A stretch of 64,000 bases of DNA, from contig CAYNUE010000001.1 of NCBI GenBank assembly GCA_964400325.1, positions 49,867 through 113,866 on the forward strand, given 5' to 3'. This DNA is from an uncultured Sangeribacter sp. Its GTDB lineage: Bacteria > Bacteroidota > Bacteroidia > Bacteroidales > Muribaculaceae. The position numbers and the translations under genes were made by a program. The notes below the pieces were generated by a model. The model searched no databases, had not been told where the DNA came from, and was given only the letters and a program-made list of their open reading frames with translations. Positions within the stretch are counted from its first letter, which is position 1. Each line of letters begins with the position of its first letter. Of this stretch, positions 30,775 through 40,576 are shown piece after piece.

Positions 30775-31844
30775 TGGATACAAATAATGTACTTCAATCA
30801 TTGGCAAGTCTTCGTGACAATTTACAGGCCATAGAATCTGCTAAAGAGCAGGTCCATAATAATGTTGCTGCTTACGAAAAGGTACGACAGCAGCTTGCGG
30901 ACACAGCTACTTCTATTAGTAAGATATTGTCTGACTTTAATTCCCTGTCAACTTCTTTGATTGATACACAAGATTCAATTAGTAAAGAAATTAAAACTGC
31001 TAATAAGAATATCCTCAAGACACTTAAAGATAAGACAGTTTCTATTTCAGTTGAGTCACAATCAATCTTAGATAATTTAAAGCGTACAACAGAGGCCATC
31101 AATAAAAATTTGGCTACTTCAGCCCAAGAAGCAATTAAGCGCATCAATACATCTACACTCCAATCTGGTGAAGAGATTAAATCTAATCTTCAAGGTATTC
31201 AATCGGATTTTGATTCTACCGTACAGTTAATGGTTTCTTCTTTTCAACAGAAGCTTGATGAGTTTAAGACTATCCTGTTAACTACACAGGATAAATTTGA
31301 TACCGATTTATCTTCTCAAGTTAGTAATTTGACCACTACCATAGAAGACTATATTAACAATCTAAAAGGCTTAGAAGCAACTTTGGGATTAGAAATTGAA
31401 AATCTTAAGAAAGAAAACGATAATCTTGAAAAGAAGATATCAACTATCACAGATACTATCTGTACGAAAGTTGATGAGCTTCTCCCTAAAATAACATGTC
31501 TTTTTGATGAGATCAAGGTAGAGGTATCCTCAGTAAGAGCTGATTTTAGAAATCATAAAAGTTCTCTGACTACAGAATTAGAGGACCTAACAACAAACAT
31601 TACAGATGAAATTAAATCGTCAGTAAAATCTGTAAAAGATGATTTCAAAGACAGTCACGATGCAACGAAGAGACGTTTAGAAAAACTTGATAGTAATTTG
31701 AATGAAGAATTTCAGAAGATGAAGAAGCAAGTTGCTGCTTTGAGAAGCCAGAACAAGAAAAATAAGATAGTCACAATTGTGTGTTTTCTTATTCTTGCAA
31801 TTCCATTAGCTTTAATGTTCTTTAGAATCTTCAAAATGGTTTAA
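30774..31844 (+). CDS. Long coiled-coil protein with C-terminal TM anchor
   Basis: Heptad/apolipoprotein-like pattern throughout, then KKNK plus a hydrophobic C-terminal helix; TAATG coupling to the helicase gene. Confidence 0.7.
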   Translation: MDTNNVLQSLASLRDNLQAIESAKEQVHNNVAAYEKVRQQLADTATSISKILSDFNSLSTSLIDTQDSISKEIKTANKNILKTLKDKTVSISVESQSILDNLKRTTEAINKNLATSAQEAIKRINTSTLQSGEEIKSNLQGIQSDFDSTVQLMVSSFQQKLDEFKTILLTTQDKFDTDLSSQVSNLTTTIEDYINNLKGLEATLGLEIENLKKENDNLEKKISTITDTICTKVDELLPKITCLFDEIKVEVSSVRADFRNHKSSLTTELEDLTTNITDEIKSSVKSVKDDFKDSHDATKRRLEKLDSNLNEEFQKMKKQVAALRSQNKKNKIVTIVCFLILAIPLALMFFRIFKMV

Positions 31845-31850
31845 TGTGAT

Positions 31851-32441
31851 ATGAATCTGATTTTGATGATTGATATATCTGGAAGCATGACAGGACATAA
31901 GATAGGTGCTGTTAATGATGCTATGGAGAATTTAATAGATGCACTACTTGATTACTCATCTTCAACAGAAAGAGTTGCTGTATCGGTGCTGCTCTTCTCC
32001 AAAACAGCTTCATGGATGTATGAAAGAAGTAAGCTTATAGAAGAATTTGAATGGATTGAACCAGTATGTACAGGAATGACTTCTCTTGGTAAGGCATGCC
32101 TTTTACTTTCAGATGAGCTAAAATCTGATGATGCTACCTATGAGATATTATTGCTGTCTGACGGTTGTCCAACCGATGATTATGATGAAGGTATAGAAGC
32201 CCTGAATTCCCTTGCTTCATTTCGTAACTCTCGTCGATTTGCTATAGCGATTGGTGAAGATGCTGATATTCTTTCGTTGGAGAGGTTTACTGCCGATAAT
32301 AAGAAAGTATATAAAGTTGCAGATTTGAATGATTTGATTGATGCAATGACTTCTGTACTGAAGATTACTACTCACTATAAACCGAAGTTTATAGACTTAC
32401 ATTCATCAACTAATAATTTGGAGGATGATGATTGGGAATAA
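31851..32441 (+). CDS. Second TerY-type vWA protein
   Basis: DISGS MIDAS, GMTSLG, LLSDGCPTD, AIAIG; paralog of 24109..24846. Confidence 0.85.
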   Translation: MNLILMIDISGSMTGHKIGAVNDAMENLIDALLDYSSSTERVAVSVLLFSKTASWMYERSKLIEEFEWIEPVCTGMTSLGKACLLLSDELKSDDATYEILLLSDGCPTDDYDEGIEALNSLASFRNSRRFAIAIGEDADILSLERFTADNKKVYKVADLNDLIDAMTSVLKITTHYKPKFIDLHSSTNNLEDDDWE

Positions 32442-32453
32442 AATTTATAATAT

Positions 32454-33521
32454 ATGGCAGATAATAAATTAATTATAACTACTGAAAGCGGACAAACTGT
32501 TCAGGCATTTGCCCCTGTGATAGTTTCTGCAAGTCGCTCTACGGACATACCAGCGTTTTATGCTGATTGGTTTTTTCATCGTCTCGAAAAGGGTTACTCT
32601 GTTTGGACAAATCCTTTTAATGGGGTACCATCATACGTATGTTATGATAAAACAAGATTTATAGTGTTTTGGTCGAAGAATCCTAAGCCACTTTTAGATT
32701 ATCTTGATTATCTAAATGACCGTAATATTGGATGCTATATTCAATATACCCTCAATGATTATGAACGCGAGGGGCTTGAAAAGGGTGTTCCTCCTTTAGA
32801 ACAAAGAATTGATACTTTTAAGAAATTAGTCAATAAACTTGGAATAGGTCGTGTCATCTGGCGGTTTGATCCTATGATGCTAACGGATAAAATAACTATT
32901 GATGACCTTCTTGAAAAAGTGAGGAATATCGGTGACCAATTAAAGGGTTACACTGAGAAATTGGTGTTTAGTTATGCTGACATTGCTTCCTACAAAAAGG
33001 TAAAAGCTAATTTGGAGAAGAATAATGTAAATTATCGGGAATGGAATGAAGATTTAATGAATGAGTTTGCTGCTCGTTTATCTCAGATGAATAAAGAACG
33101 AGGGTGGAATTATCAATTGGCAACGTGCGGTGAGAGGATTGATATAGAGCAATATGGAATTGACCATAATCGTTGCATTGACGATGAGCTGATGATCCGC
33201 TTTTCATGGAATGATACTGAGTTAATGAAATTTCTAAATGTCGACATTCATCGGCTACAACCATCGCTTTTTGAAGAACCTGTAATACCAGAAGATGCAG
33301 TCAAAATCTCTGCCTCTATATATGGTGTCAAAAAGAAGAATAATAAGGACAAGGGACAGCGCCAATTTTGTGGCTGTATCAATAGTAAGGACATTGGTCA
33401 ATATAACACCTGTCCACATCTTTGTGAATATTGCTATGCTAACACCAGCAAGGAAACCGCTGTAGCTAATTGGAAAAGACACAAAGATAATCCACAAGGA
33501 GAAAAAATAATAGGAGCTTAA
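32454..33521 (+). CDS. DUF1848 family protein (spore photoproduct lyase-like radical SAM)
   Basis: SASRSTDIPAFY, FWSKNP, WRFDP, CGC..SKDIG.YNTCPHLCEYCYA. Confidence 0.88.
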   Translation: MADNKLIITTESGQTVQAFAPVIVSASRSTDIPAFYADWFFHRLEKGYSVWTNPFNGVPSYVCYDKTRFIVFWSKNPKPLLDYLDYLNDRNIGCYIQYTLNDYEREGLEKGVPPLEQRIDTFKKLVNKLGIGRVIWRFDPMMLTDKITIDDLLEKVRNIGDQLKGYTEKLVFSYADIASYKKVKANLEKNNVNYREWNEDLMNEFAARLSQMNKERGWNYQLATCGERIDIEQYGIDHNRCIDDELMIRFSWNDTELMKFLNVDIHRLQPSLFEEPVIPEDAVKISASIYGVKKKNNKDKGQRQFCGCINSKDIGQYNTCPHLCEYCYANTSKETAVANWKRHKDNPQGEKIIGA

Positions 33522-33522
33522 T

Positions 33523-33948
33523 ATGGAGATAATTCTAATCGTATTAATAGGTCTGTGGGTTTGGAGTTACGTGAAGTTTCGGAAGAGGTATAAGATGGAT
33601 AGACTGCTGAGTGAGATGCTTGGACGTAAATATAAGCAGATGCCGACTCCACAGACGGAGAGTGAATATGCCTGTGCGTTGATGCTATCTCAGCAGTATC
33701 AGTCAGCTTTGGAGTTGTTTGAGGACCTGAAGCGGAAGGGTGCGGGACGTCAGTTAAACTTCCTCGATGCGAACATAGAGTTTTGCAAAAAGCCACTCCC
33801 TTGGAGTTCTGGAGCGAAGAATCATAATGGCAGTTGGTGGCACAACTTTTTTCTCGTCCGTCTCGGAGGCAGAAGAATGGTGTTAATCTCGGATGAGAGT
33901 TATTTAGACTTTAATGCTATGCTACGTGCAATGGCACGAAATGCTTAA
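33523..33948 (+). CDS. N-terminal TM plus TPR-like hypothetical protein
   Basis: Hydrophobic N-terminus; YACALMLSQQYQSALELF helix pair; starts 1 nt after the DUF1848 gene. Confidence 0.6.
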   Translation: MEIILIVLIGLWVWSYVKFRKRYKMDRLLSEMLGRKYKQMPTPQTESEYACALMLSQQYQSALELFEDLKRKGAGRQLNFLDANIEFCKKPLPWSSGAKNHNGSWWHNFFLVRLGGRRMVLISDESYLDFNAMLRAMARNA

Positions 33949-36578
33949 TTGAGCAATACGAAAGCGGCCCATTTGGATGGACTTTTTCCTTCGCGTCGCA
34001 TCTGATTTTTAGCCTCAGTCAGTGCCTCGTCCGGTGTCTGGCCATTGATAAGGGCTGTGTAGAATGATTGCATCAACTCTCGTGTGGCAGCATCATCAAC
34101 GCTCCACAGACTCATGAGTATACTTTTGGCACCTGCTAATTTAAAGGCACGTTGTAAACCATACACACCTTCGGAGTTGCTTTTTCCAAGTCCGGTCTGA
34201 CAGGCAGAAAGCACCACTAACCGACATCCGCTAAGGTCGAGGGTTGCTATTTCATCGGCTCTAAGAATACCATCGGTTTCGGTCAGAGTGGTAGCTATGG
34301 AGTCATTCATCCAATACTGCTGGGAGTCTGCGAATAGCAGACCTGCATTCTGCATCGGATTAGTAAAGGCACCATTATCGTGAAAGAATCCGTGTGTGGA
34401 AATATGAAGTATATAATCATTTTTATGGCTTCTTGATGTAAGTGATTTTTCAGTTGCATTCTTGCCGCTTATGATTATTGGATTACCGCCGTATGCGCGT
34501 AGAAGTTTAGATATTTCATTTACCTCAGTCAATGAGCCAGGTAAAAACCGTAATTCTTCTCCACGTAATAAGGCGTTATCATTAGTGGCTGTAAATGATA
34601 AGATGGTATCATTCGGTGTGCCATAGTCCACTCCACCCCAAAGTATAGTGGTCCGATTGGCTAAAGTCATAGTTACATTACGTTCTTTTACTGGCACTAT
34701 CTCAGTTGGTGAACCAACAAGGTGAATATTGGTCATATCTCCCATAATATTATTATCAGCTCCAGTTGGAATAGCGTCTAAAGCCACCTTATTGAAAATG
34801 CCTGAAGAGGTCAGATAAATATCCTTACCTTTAACTATGGGAAGCAGCTTTGAGGTTATTGATTGTGTTAGGCTGTGGTCAGTATAGATGCCAGAGCGAT
34901 TACTCATCAATTCGTTGACTTCGGTCTTACTTCCGAATGGGATATAATCAACTTTTCCACTCTTATCTAACACGAGAGCGTAATATGTCTCATTGCCTTC
35001 TATAATCTGAAAAGCTATTTCCTTTGAATCAAGGTTTTTTCTTAATTGGTCAGAGGTAAAATTAGCTCTTTCGTTCTCGCGTCTAAACTCCATACTTTGA
35101 GCTGCAATGTCTGTTTCCAGTTGTTGAAGCTCTTTTTCAAGTTGTTGCTTACGGAAAAAGTTACCAGGGCCAGAAATATACTGTCTTGCTACAAGTTCTT
35201 GCGATAAGGAGATAAACTTGTTGTATTTTTCAGTCAGCTCAGGATTTTTCATAGCGGCAATGGCATTGTTGACCGATGTTTCTGAACGAAGTAAGAGTCC
35301 GCGTAGGAACATATTATTATCGAAAGCAACCTTTGCAAGTGCTGCTGAGGGACGTTGTTCCATAAGGCCATTGACGTAGTTAAACAAAGGCATGAACTGT
35401 TCGATAAAATATTCCCGTTGTGCAGATGTCATACCGGTAAAATTATTGGTAATTTGTTCTCTTATAGACCGGCTTGACTCTGTTACTCGCTTTGTCAACT
35501 TATCCCAATCACCTTCAGCTTGTAAATATTTGAATTCTTTGGCGTGGGCTAAGGCATACTCAATATCAGTCTTGTCGTAGGTATCATCTATATAGGAAAG
35601 GTATTTTTTCAATAATCGTCGGCCATCTGATATATCATCGAGTTGGTAACAATGTTCCGACAGTTCACCAAGTTGAGAATAGGTTACATAAGTATATTCC
35701 AATGAATCGGTTATTCTCAGTGCATGTTCAAGATAATAGCGTGCCGCTATTGTCTGGTCCTGTTCTAACAACATTCTTATCAGTTCATTGAAAAGGCGGA
35801 GTTTATATACGGGATTGTATTTCTTAGACTCAAATACATCAAGCGTATAGTTCTCCATAGCTTCAATGCCAGCCTTAGGATTTTCTATGTATTTCCCTTG
35901 TATAAGCTCCAGAATGAAACCTTCTTCAATCTTGTGGCCATCAAGAGCATCATTTAATTTTTTCTGTTGCTCTTCCGATAACAGCTCAAATATACTATCC
36001 CAATCAATAGAATTATGTTTCTGGCTTAAGGTCTTGATATAATTACGGATATTAGTAAGGTCACCCATCCTCAAGTAAATGTGAAATTCCTCTTTTAACA
36101 AGTTTATCTCTATCATATCCATAAATTTCCTCTTATCAACTTCAGTTATGTCTTCTGTTGGGGCTTCCTTTATCATCTGTTGAAGTTGCTCGCGCAGTAA
36201 CCGGTATTGTTCTAATGCTTTGGGATAATCACCGATGTGAGTATAGCAATCAGCCAATTCGTAACGATATTTGTATGAGGTGTCATCATCGTTTATGACA
36301 TCTTTTTTTGTGTCCATGAATGCTATGGCTGCATGGTACTTATGGTCATTGACAAGTTCTGTAAATACTTTATCTGTAAGGGAATAATTAAAGAAGTGTA
36401 CGACTTGGGGAAACAGTAATTCCGCAAAGAAAAGTATAAGGGCAATACTTAATCCTACTCCCACTATCGTTAGGATTAAGTATATGTGAAAAGCCAAAAA
36501 GTAGTATATCTTTGTAAAAAAATCACTGAAAAGGAAGCGTTTTCTTATAGATGTTTTGTCATATCGGTTAGATTTCAT
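33945..36578 (-). CDS. Membrane-anchored TPR-CHAT protease (caspase clan)
   Basis: N-terminal TM, TPR-like helices; CHAT motifs LPGSLTEV, HISTHG (His), VLSACQTG (Cys), GLQRAFKLAGA, SLWSVDD, WAAFVL. Confidence 0.92.
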   Translation of the reverse strand: MKSNRYDKTSIRKRFLFSDFFTKIYYFLAFHIYLILTIVGVGLSIALILFFAELLFPQVVHFFNYSLTDKVFTELVNDHKYHAAIAFMDTKKDVINDDDTSYKYRYELADCYTHIGDYPKALEQYRLLREQLQQMIKEAPTEDITEVDKRKFMDMIEINLLKEEFHIYLRMGDLTNIRNYIKTLSQKHNSIDWDSIFELLSEEQQKKLNDALDGHKIEEGFILELIQGKYIENPKAGIEAMENYTLDVFESKKYNPVYKLRLFNELIRMLLEQDQTIAARYYLEHALRITDSLEYTYVTYSQLGELSEHCYQLDDISDGRRLLKKYLSYIDDTYDKTDIEYALAHAKEFKYLQAEGDWDKLTKRVTESSRSIREQITNNFTGMTSAQREYFIEQFMPLFNYVNGLMEQRPSAALAKVAFDNNMFLRGLLLRSETSVNNAIAAMKNPELTEKYNKFISLSQELVARQYISGPGNFFRKQQLEKELQQLETDIAAQSMEFRRENERANFTSDQLRKNLDSKEIAFQIIEGNETYYALVLDKSGKVDYIPFGSKTEVNELMSNRSGIYTDHSLTQSITSKLLPIVKGKDIYLTSSGIFNKVALDAIPTGADNNIMGDMTNIHLVGSPTEIVPVKERNVTMTLANRTTILWGGVDYGTPNDTILSFTATNDNALLRGEELRFLPGSLTEVNEISKLLRAYGGNPIIISGKNATEKSLTSRSHKNDYILHISTHGFFHDNGAFTNPMQNAGLLFADSQQYWMNDSIATTLTETDGILRADEIATLDLSGCRLVVLSACQTGLGKSNSEGVYGLQRAFKLAGAKSILMSLWSVDDAATRELMQSFYTALINGQTPDEALTEAKNQMRREGKSPSKWAAFVLLN

Positions 36579-36593
36579 AATTTCGTGTTTGAT

Positions 36594-36824
36594 ATGAGCA
36601 TCTTACAGTTAATAAAATATTTAGCAGCTTTTGCGTTCTGTTATTTCTCTTTCACTATCCTCCAACAACATTACACCGAAGGGAAAACGTGGAAGTCAGC
36701 CTTTTCGGAGGGGTGTAGACATATTATAGTTGGGGTGATGGTCGTGATTGTCAATCCAGTAGGTTTGATTGTGCTTGCCGTCATTGCCTTCTTCCTTGTT
36801 CTTACCCTCGTAGATATTATTTAG
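36594..36824 (+). CDS. Possible small two-TM protein, antisense within the protease operon
   Basis: MSILQLIKYLAAFAFCYFSF...IIVGVMVVIVNPVGLIVLAVIAFFLVLTLVDII; overlaps the low-complexity tail of 36696..37856. Confidence 0.45.
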   Translation: MSILQLIKYLAAFAFCYFSFTILQQHYTEGKTWKSAFSEGCRHIIVGVMVVIVNPVGLIVLAVIAFFLVLTLVDII

Positions 36825-37856
36825 TTCAAAACGGGCGCTTCGGGCAAGGTCTGTTGCCCATGACTTGTCATAGCTTGCGGTGTCAAGACGTAAAAATATG
36901 CTACATTTAGTGCTACGTTCTTCCTTAATAGTGGCGATAGTAAAATATACAGGCGTAGAATCTCGCTCCGACATAAATACAGTTGACATCAATTTGTTGC
37001 TACTGACCATCGTATCTGTAAACATGACTTCTTTAACTTTATCACCACATAAATCTTTATTGAACATATAAAACGATGAGACTATAACCTGATTGTGAGT
37101 TCTTACATCTGCTACTAAGCATTTACCAGACATAAGATAGATACGGCTTTTTGAGCCTATGGAGGTCAATGTTGGTAAAGCCTCAATTCTGTTTTTGAGA
37201 TATAGTGTATCTATCGGTTCTTGCCAAATTTCCCAGTCTCGGTTTGATTTGAACAGGACGTAACCATCGCTCACTTCATCATTTGCCAGATTAAGTTCTG
37301 CAATATCTATAGGTTTATGAGGTTGAGACAGTTGATATTCACGATAACCTGTAAAAATCATAACTACAAGGTAGGTGACAAATATCCCTGCCCACACCCA
37401 ACCGGAAGGCGCAAATTTTCGTCTTTCCTTTGGGTATCTGAGTTTAATTCCTTTTGCAAAACAGAGGTATAGATAAAAGACAACGTAGAAAGCTGGCCGT
37501 AGAAAAAATACCAAAATTATAATCCACGTGTTATATGTCGGAATCTGTGCTCTTGCTGGATTTAGACATGTATACAAGAATGAAATCACCAACGACCACT
37601 TCAAGGCTGTTATGCAGTCAGAATCACCGCGTAAAGTCTTGATAACTGCGTACAGTGAGTAGATGCCGGCTATCAGATATGTAGGTAGGGAGAGCCATTC
37701 ATAAATATTAAGTCTATCAAACTGATCTAATCCAAATATATAGTAGTATCCTATCGCTTTAAATCCCTGAAATAACCATATTGAATAGTCAATGAACAGA
37801 AATATATAAAGCCATCTTGATGGTTTGAATTTAGCTATTTCTTTTTCCTTATCCAT
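36696..37856 (-). CDS. Multi-TM membrane protein with soluble C-terminal domain
   Basis: About five TM segments followed by a beta-rich domain; overlaps the stop of the caspase gene. Confidence 0.65.
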   Translation of the reverse strand: MDKEKEIAKFKPSRWLYIFLFIDYSIWLFQGFKAIGYYYIFGLDQFDRLNIYEWLSLPTYLIAGIYSLYAVIKTLRGDSDCITALKWSLVISFLYTCLNPARAQIPTYNTWIIILVFFLRPAFYVVFYLYLCFAKGIKLRYPKERRKFAPSGWVWAGIFVTYLVVMIFTGYREYQLSQPHKPIDIAELNLANDEVSDGYVLFKSNRDWEIWQEPIDTLYLKNRIEALPTLTSIGSKSRIYLMSGKCLVADVRTHNQVIVSSFYMFNKDLCGDKVKEVMFTDTMVSSNKLMSTVFMSERDSTPVYFTIATIKEERSTKCSIFLRLDTASYDKSWATDLARSARFELNNIYEGKNKEEGNDGKHNQTYWIDNHDHHPNYNMSTPLRKG

Positions 37857-38863
37857 ATAACCAAGAATACTAATAGTGCAGCAATAATCGGTAAAATTAT
37901 TTGATACAGTGAGTTGCCAGTTTGCCCAGTTAGGTTATCTGGATTAGCTGGTTGTATTGGTGTATGTGTTGGTATAGTGGGAGCGGTCCAGCCAATAGTA
38001 TTTCGTATGTCGGGAGTTTGACCATAGAAGTGCATCGTTGGGTTTGATGACATTTCTTTATATAGGGTAGTGAGAAATTCGGAGAGATTATTCAACCCAT
38101 TCTCTTTGTAAGCTTCACAGAAGTAGTAGGTCAATGAGCCATAATTTTTGCCATTGACTTTTATTTCATAGTTACGTTGATTGGTACTGCAAGCACTGAT
38201 AAATATGACATTTGCTATGTGGCTACCTATTGCCAATGTGCTTTTATCGGGTGTATTGTAAGATTCTCTTAAAGCGGATAGACTGTCAGAAGATAGGGTT
38301 TGTACTCCGAAGATTTCGTCTGTGCCCCGATATGTAGCCTCTGAGCTGTCTGTATTTTTATCCATAGAGGCGCTGTGACATGCGTCTATAACTGCTATAA
38401 CAAGACCTGTCTCTGCAGCCTTATTTCTAATTTTGCTGATATAGTCACCGAATAAATCGTCTGTGAAGTGAGCCTGTCCCCAATATGAGCTTGATTTTCG
38501 TTTTGCAGCATCGTATGAGACAAGTGCCTCATCGACTTTATCTGGCTCACTGGTTGATGTCTCTGTCAGTATTTGTTGACCATGGCCGGAGAAGTGTACA
38601 ATCACGGTGTCACCCTTGACTGTTTCCCTGACAAGATTTGATAGTGACTGTTTTATGGCTGCAAATGTGGCTTCCTTATTATCTAATGTTTTGGCATTAG
38701 GAAATAATTGGGAAACTAAGGTTCGGTCATTGTTTGCGCTCAAAGTATTCCAACCGGATTCTGTGGGGTATTCCGCTATACATATAGACAAAACATGTAT
38801 ATTTGCGTGAAGTGTCCATAAACCCAAGAGACAAAAAAGCCATAAGAGAAAGAAACGTCTCAT
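37835..38863 (-). CDS. Exported, C-terminally anchored caspase-family (peptidase C14) protein
   Basis: Signal peptide; HFSGHG and DACHS dyad; Pro/Thr linker, TM and RKKK tail. Confidence 0.9.
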   Translation of the reverse strand: MRRFFLLWLFCLLGLWTLHANIHVLSICIAEYPTESGWNTLSANNDRTLVSQLFPNAKTLDNKEATFAAIKQSLSNLVRETVKGDTVIVHFSGHGQQILTETSTSEPDKVDEALVSYDAAKRKSSSYWGQAHFTDDLFGDYISKIRNKAAETGLVIAVIDACHSASMDKNTDSSEATYRGTDEIFGVQTLSSDSLSALRESYNTPDKSTLAIGSHIANVIFISACSTNQRNYEIKVNGKNYGSLTYYFCEAYKENGLNNLSEFLTTLYKEMSSNPTMHFYGQTPDIRNTIGWTAPTIPTHTPIQPANPDNLTGQTGNSLYQIILPIIAALLVFLVIWIRKKK

Positions 38864-39786
38864 ACTATTCCGAATTTTTTGGATAGCAACATCATTTTTT
38901 CAACTTCATTATCTATTTCTGGCTGAGAATATCCGGCTCTCTCAAAGATGTCATAGAATTTGTCCACCCTTCTCTCAACTGGTCCGTCTAAATCTCCCAT
39001 AAATGACAGCAAGGGCATGACTAATATCAAGACATTTTTATGTTCATCGTGAGCTTTCCTTAGTTCAGCTACAACCCCCGTCTCTCCAGCTTCTGAAAAT
39101 GCTGCCTCAGCTTCCTTAAAATTTACTTGGAGATTGAGCAGCATATCTGAAAACATAATATGATTCTTTAGTTTGTCAACTGAACTGCCTTCCGCTTCAA
39201 ACATAAGTCGAGCTACATTTACAACCGCAAGTTTTTGGGGCTTGGATAAATTATTGTACATGCTTCTTATAATGTCGACCGGATTTTCTTTTGAACCTTC
39301 AGATGGCAGGTCAGAAAATATAAAGTTGCCGTCTTTGTCTTTAAGGCCACGTTCACGTCCAACTTTTTCTCGATGCTTCTGGATTGCAATCGTTGCTTCC
39401 TCAACAAAATGATTTGCCACATCTTGTTGGCGGAATGTCTCAGCGTGACGCATATTGTGAAATTCCATCTTCTTCACCAGCTCAACATTATAGTATTTGT
39501 AGTTAAGAGTTATAGTTAGGGTGCCCGTACTATAATAGAATTGGAGAAGCATGTTTGGATAGTTTTCATCGAATAGATTAATCAGTCGTGGGTCGTCCTT
39601 AAACTTTACGACTTCTCCCTTTCCATTCATCATAAGGTGATTGATACGTGAGATGAGAATTACAAATTTTTTATCTAACGGATTCTCATGCAGTTCAGCT
39701 TTGTCTTTCATTAAAGCTCGGCTGAAGGGCAGTATAATCAAGGCAAGGAGTGTGAGTATTAACAGAACTATAAGTGTTGCAGTCAT
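38860..39786 (-). CDS. N-terminal TM hypothetical protein, possible TerB-like C-terminal helical domain
   Basis: TM at residues 1-20; LSKPQKLAVVNVARLMFEAEG resembles the first TerB-fold helix (weak). Confidence 0.55.
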   Translation of the reverse strand: MTATLIVLLILTLLALIILPFSRALMKDKAELHENPLDKKFVILISRINHLMMNGKGEVVKFKDDPRLINLFDENYPNMLLQFYYSTGTLTITLNYKYYNVELVKKMEFHNMRHAETFRQQDVANHFVEEATIAIQKHREKVGRERGLKDKDGNFIFSDLPSEGSKENPVDIIRSMYNNLSKPQKLAVVNVARLMFEAEGSSVDKLKNHIMFSDMLLNLQVNFKEAEAAFSEAGETGVVAELRKAHDEHKNVLILVMPLLSFMGDLDGPVERRVDKFYDIFERAGYSQPEIDNEVEKMMLLSKKFGIV

Positions 39787-39989
39787 CGTCTGAAAATGAG
39801 TTGGTATAGTAGGAATGCAAAATTAGCAAAAATAAACAGCTCTTAGAAATTAATGAACGCCTAAAAACATTGCAGTTATTTTTGAGACGATTCGGACATA
39901 GAGTGAAGGAATACGTTGCTTAGAGAAATATTTTTTAGATAGTGTCGTTAATTTTAAAGTTAATTAGATGTAAACTATACCCTTTACAA

Positions 39990-40565
39990 ATGCCTTACGA
40001 CTACGAGAATATCGTGCGTGAATGGTTTGAGGATTTGAAACTGCCATTCACCAACTACATAAGAGCTAATTTCATAATGTCTTATGATGAGGCAATAGAT
40101 CTCTATACTGATGTATGGTTGGAGCTTCGTAAAATAATATTGGAAAATAGAGCCACCGATAATAGATGGAAAGCTTTGATTTTCTTGATTGGAAAACGTC
40201 AAGCTCAGAAAATTGCCGAACGTCGTCCAACTCAGATTTCATTAAGTTCTGATACGGATGAAGCTGAGGAAAACTTCAATCGTGGATTGTTTGAAGCGGA
40301 AAAAGCCGCTCGTAAGATGGAGGCTAAATCTGTATATGAAGATCCTGACTTGCAGGCAGTTCTTGGAGCTGAACTGAGTTATATTCCAGATCCTTGTAAT
40401 AAGATTCTGAAGCTATATTATTTTGATGAAATGTCAATGACCGAAATAGCTGAGGCTATGAATTACCGTAATTCCCGTAGTGCCATTACCACAAAAAATC
40501 GCTGCATGGAGAAACTTAGGGAACGAATCAAGAGGGCTGTACATCGTTTGGGTATAATAGATTAA
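39990..40565 (+). CDS. ECF-type sigma factor
   Basis: DEAIDLYTDVW (region 2); CNKILKLYYFDEMSMTEIAEAMNY...KNRCMEKLRE (region 4). Confidence 0.85.
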   Translation: MPYDYENIVREWFEDLKLPFTNYIRANFIMSYDEAIDLYTDVWLELRKIILENRATDNRWKALIFLIGKRQAQKIAERRPTQISLSSDTDEAEENFNRGLFEAEKAARKMEAKSVYEDPDLQAVLGAELSYIPDPCNKILKLYYFDEMSMTEIAEAMNYRNSRSAITTKNRCMEKLRERIKRAVHRLGIID

Positions 40566-40576
40566 AACAAAAGATT

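Noticed and set aside
22409-33948. Classical tellurite-resistance operon (terZABCDE)
   Set aside because: No TerD/TerC/TerA genes; only the TerY-P-type components are present.
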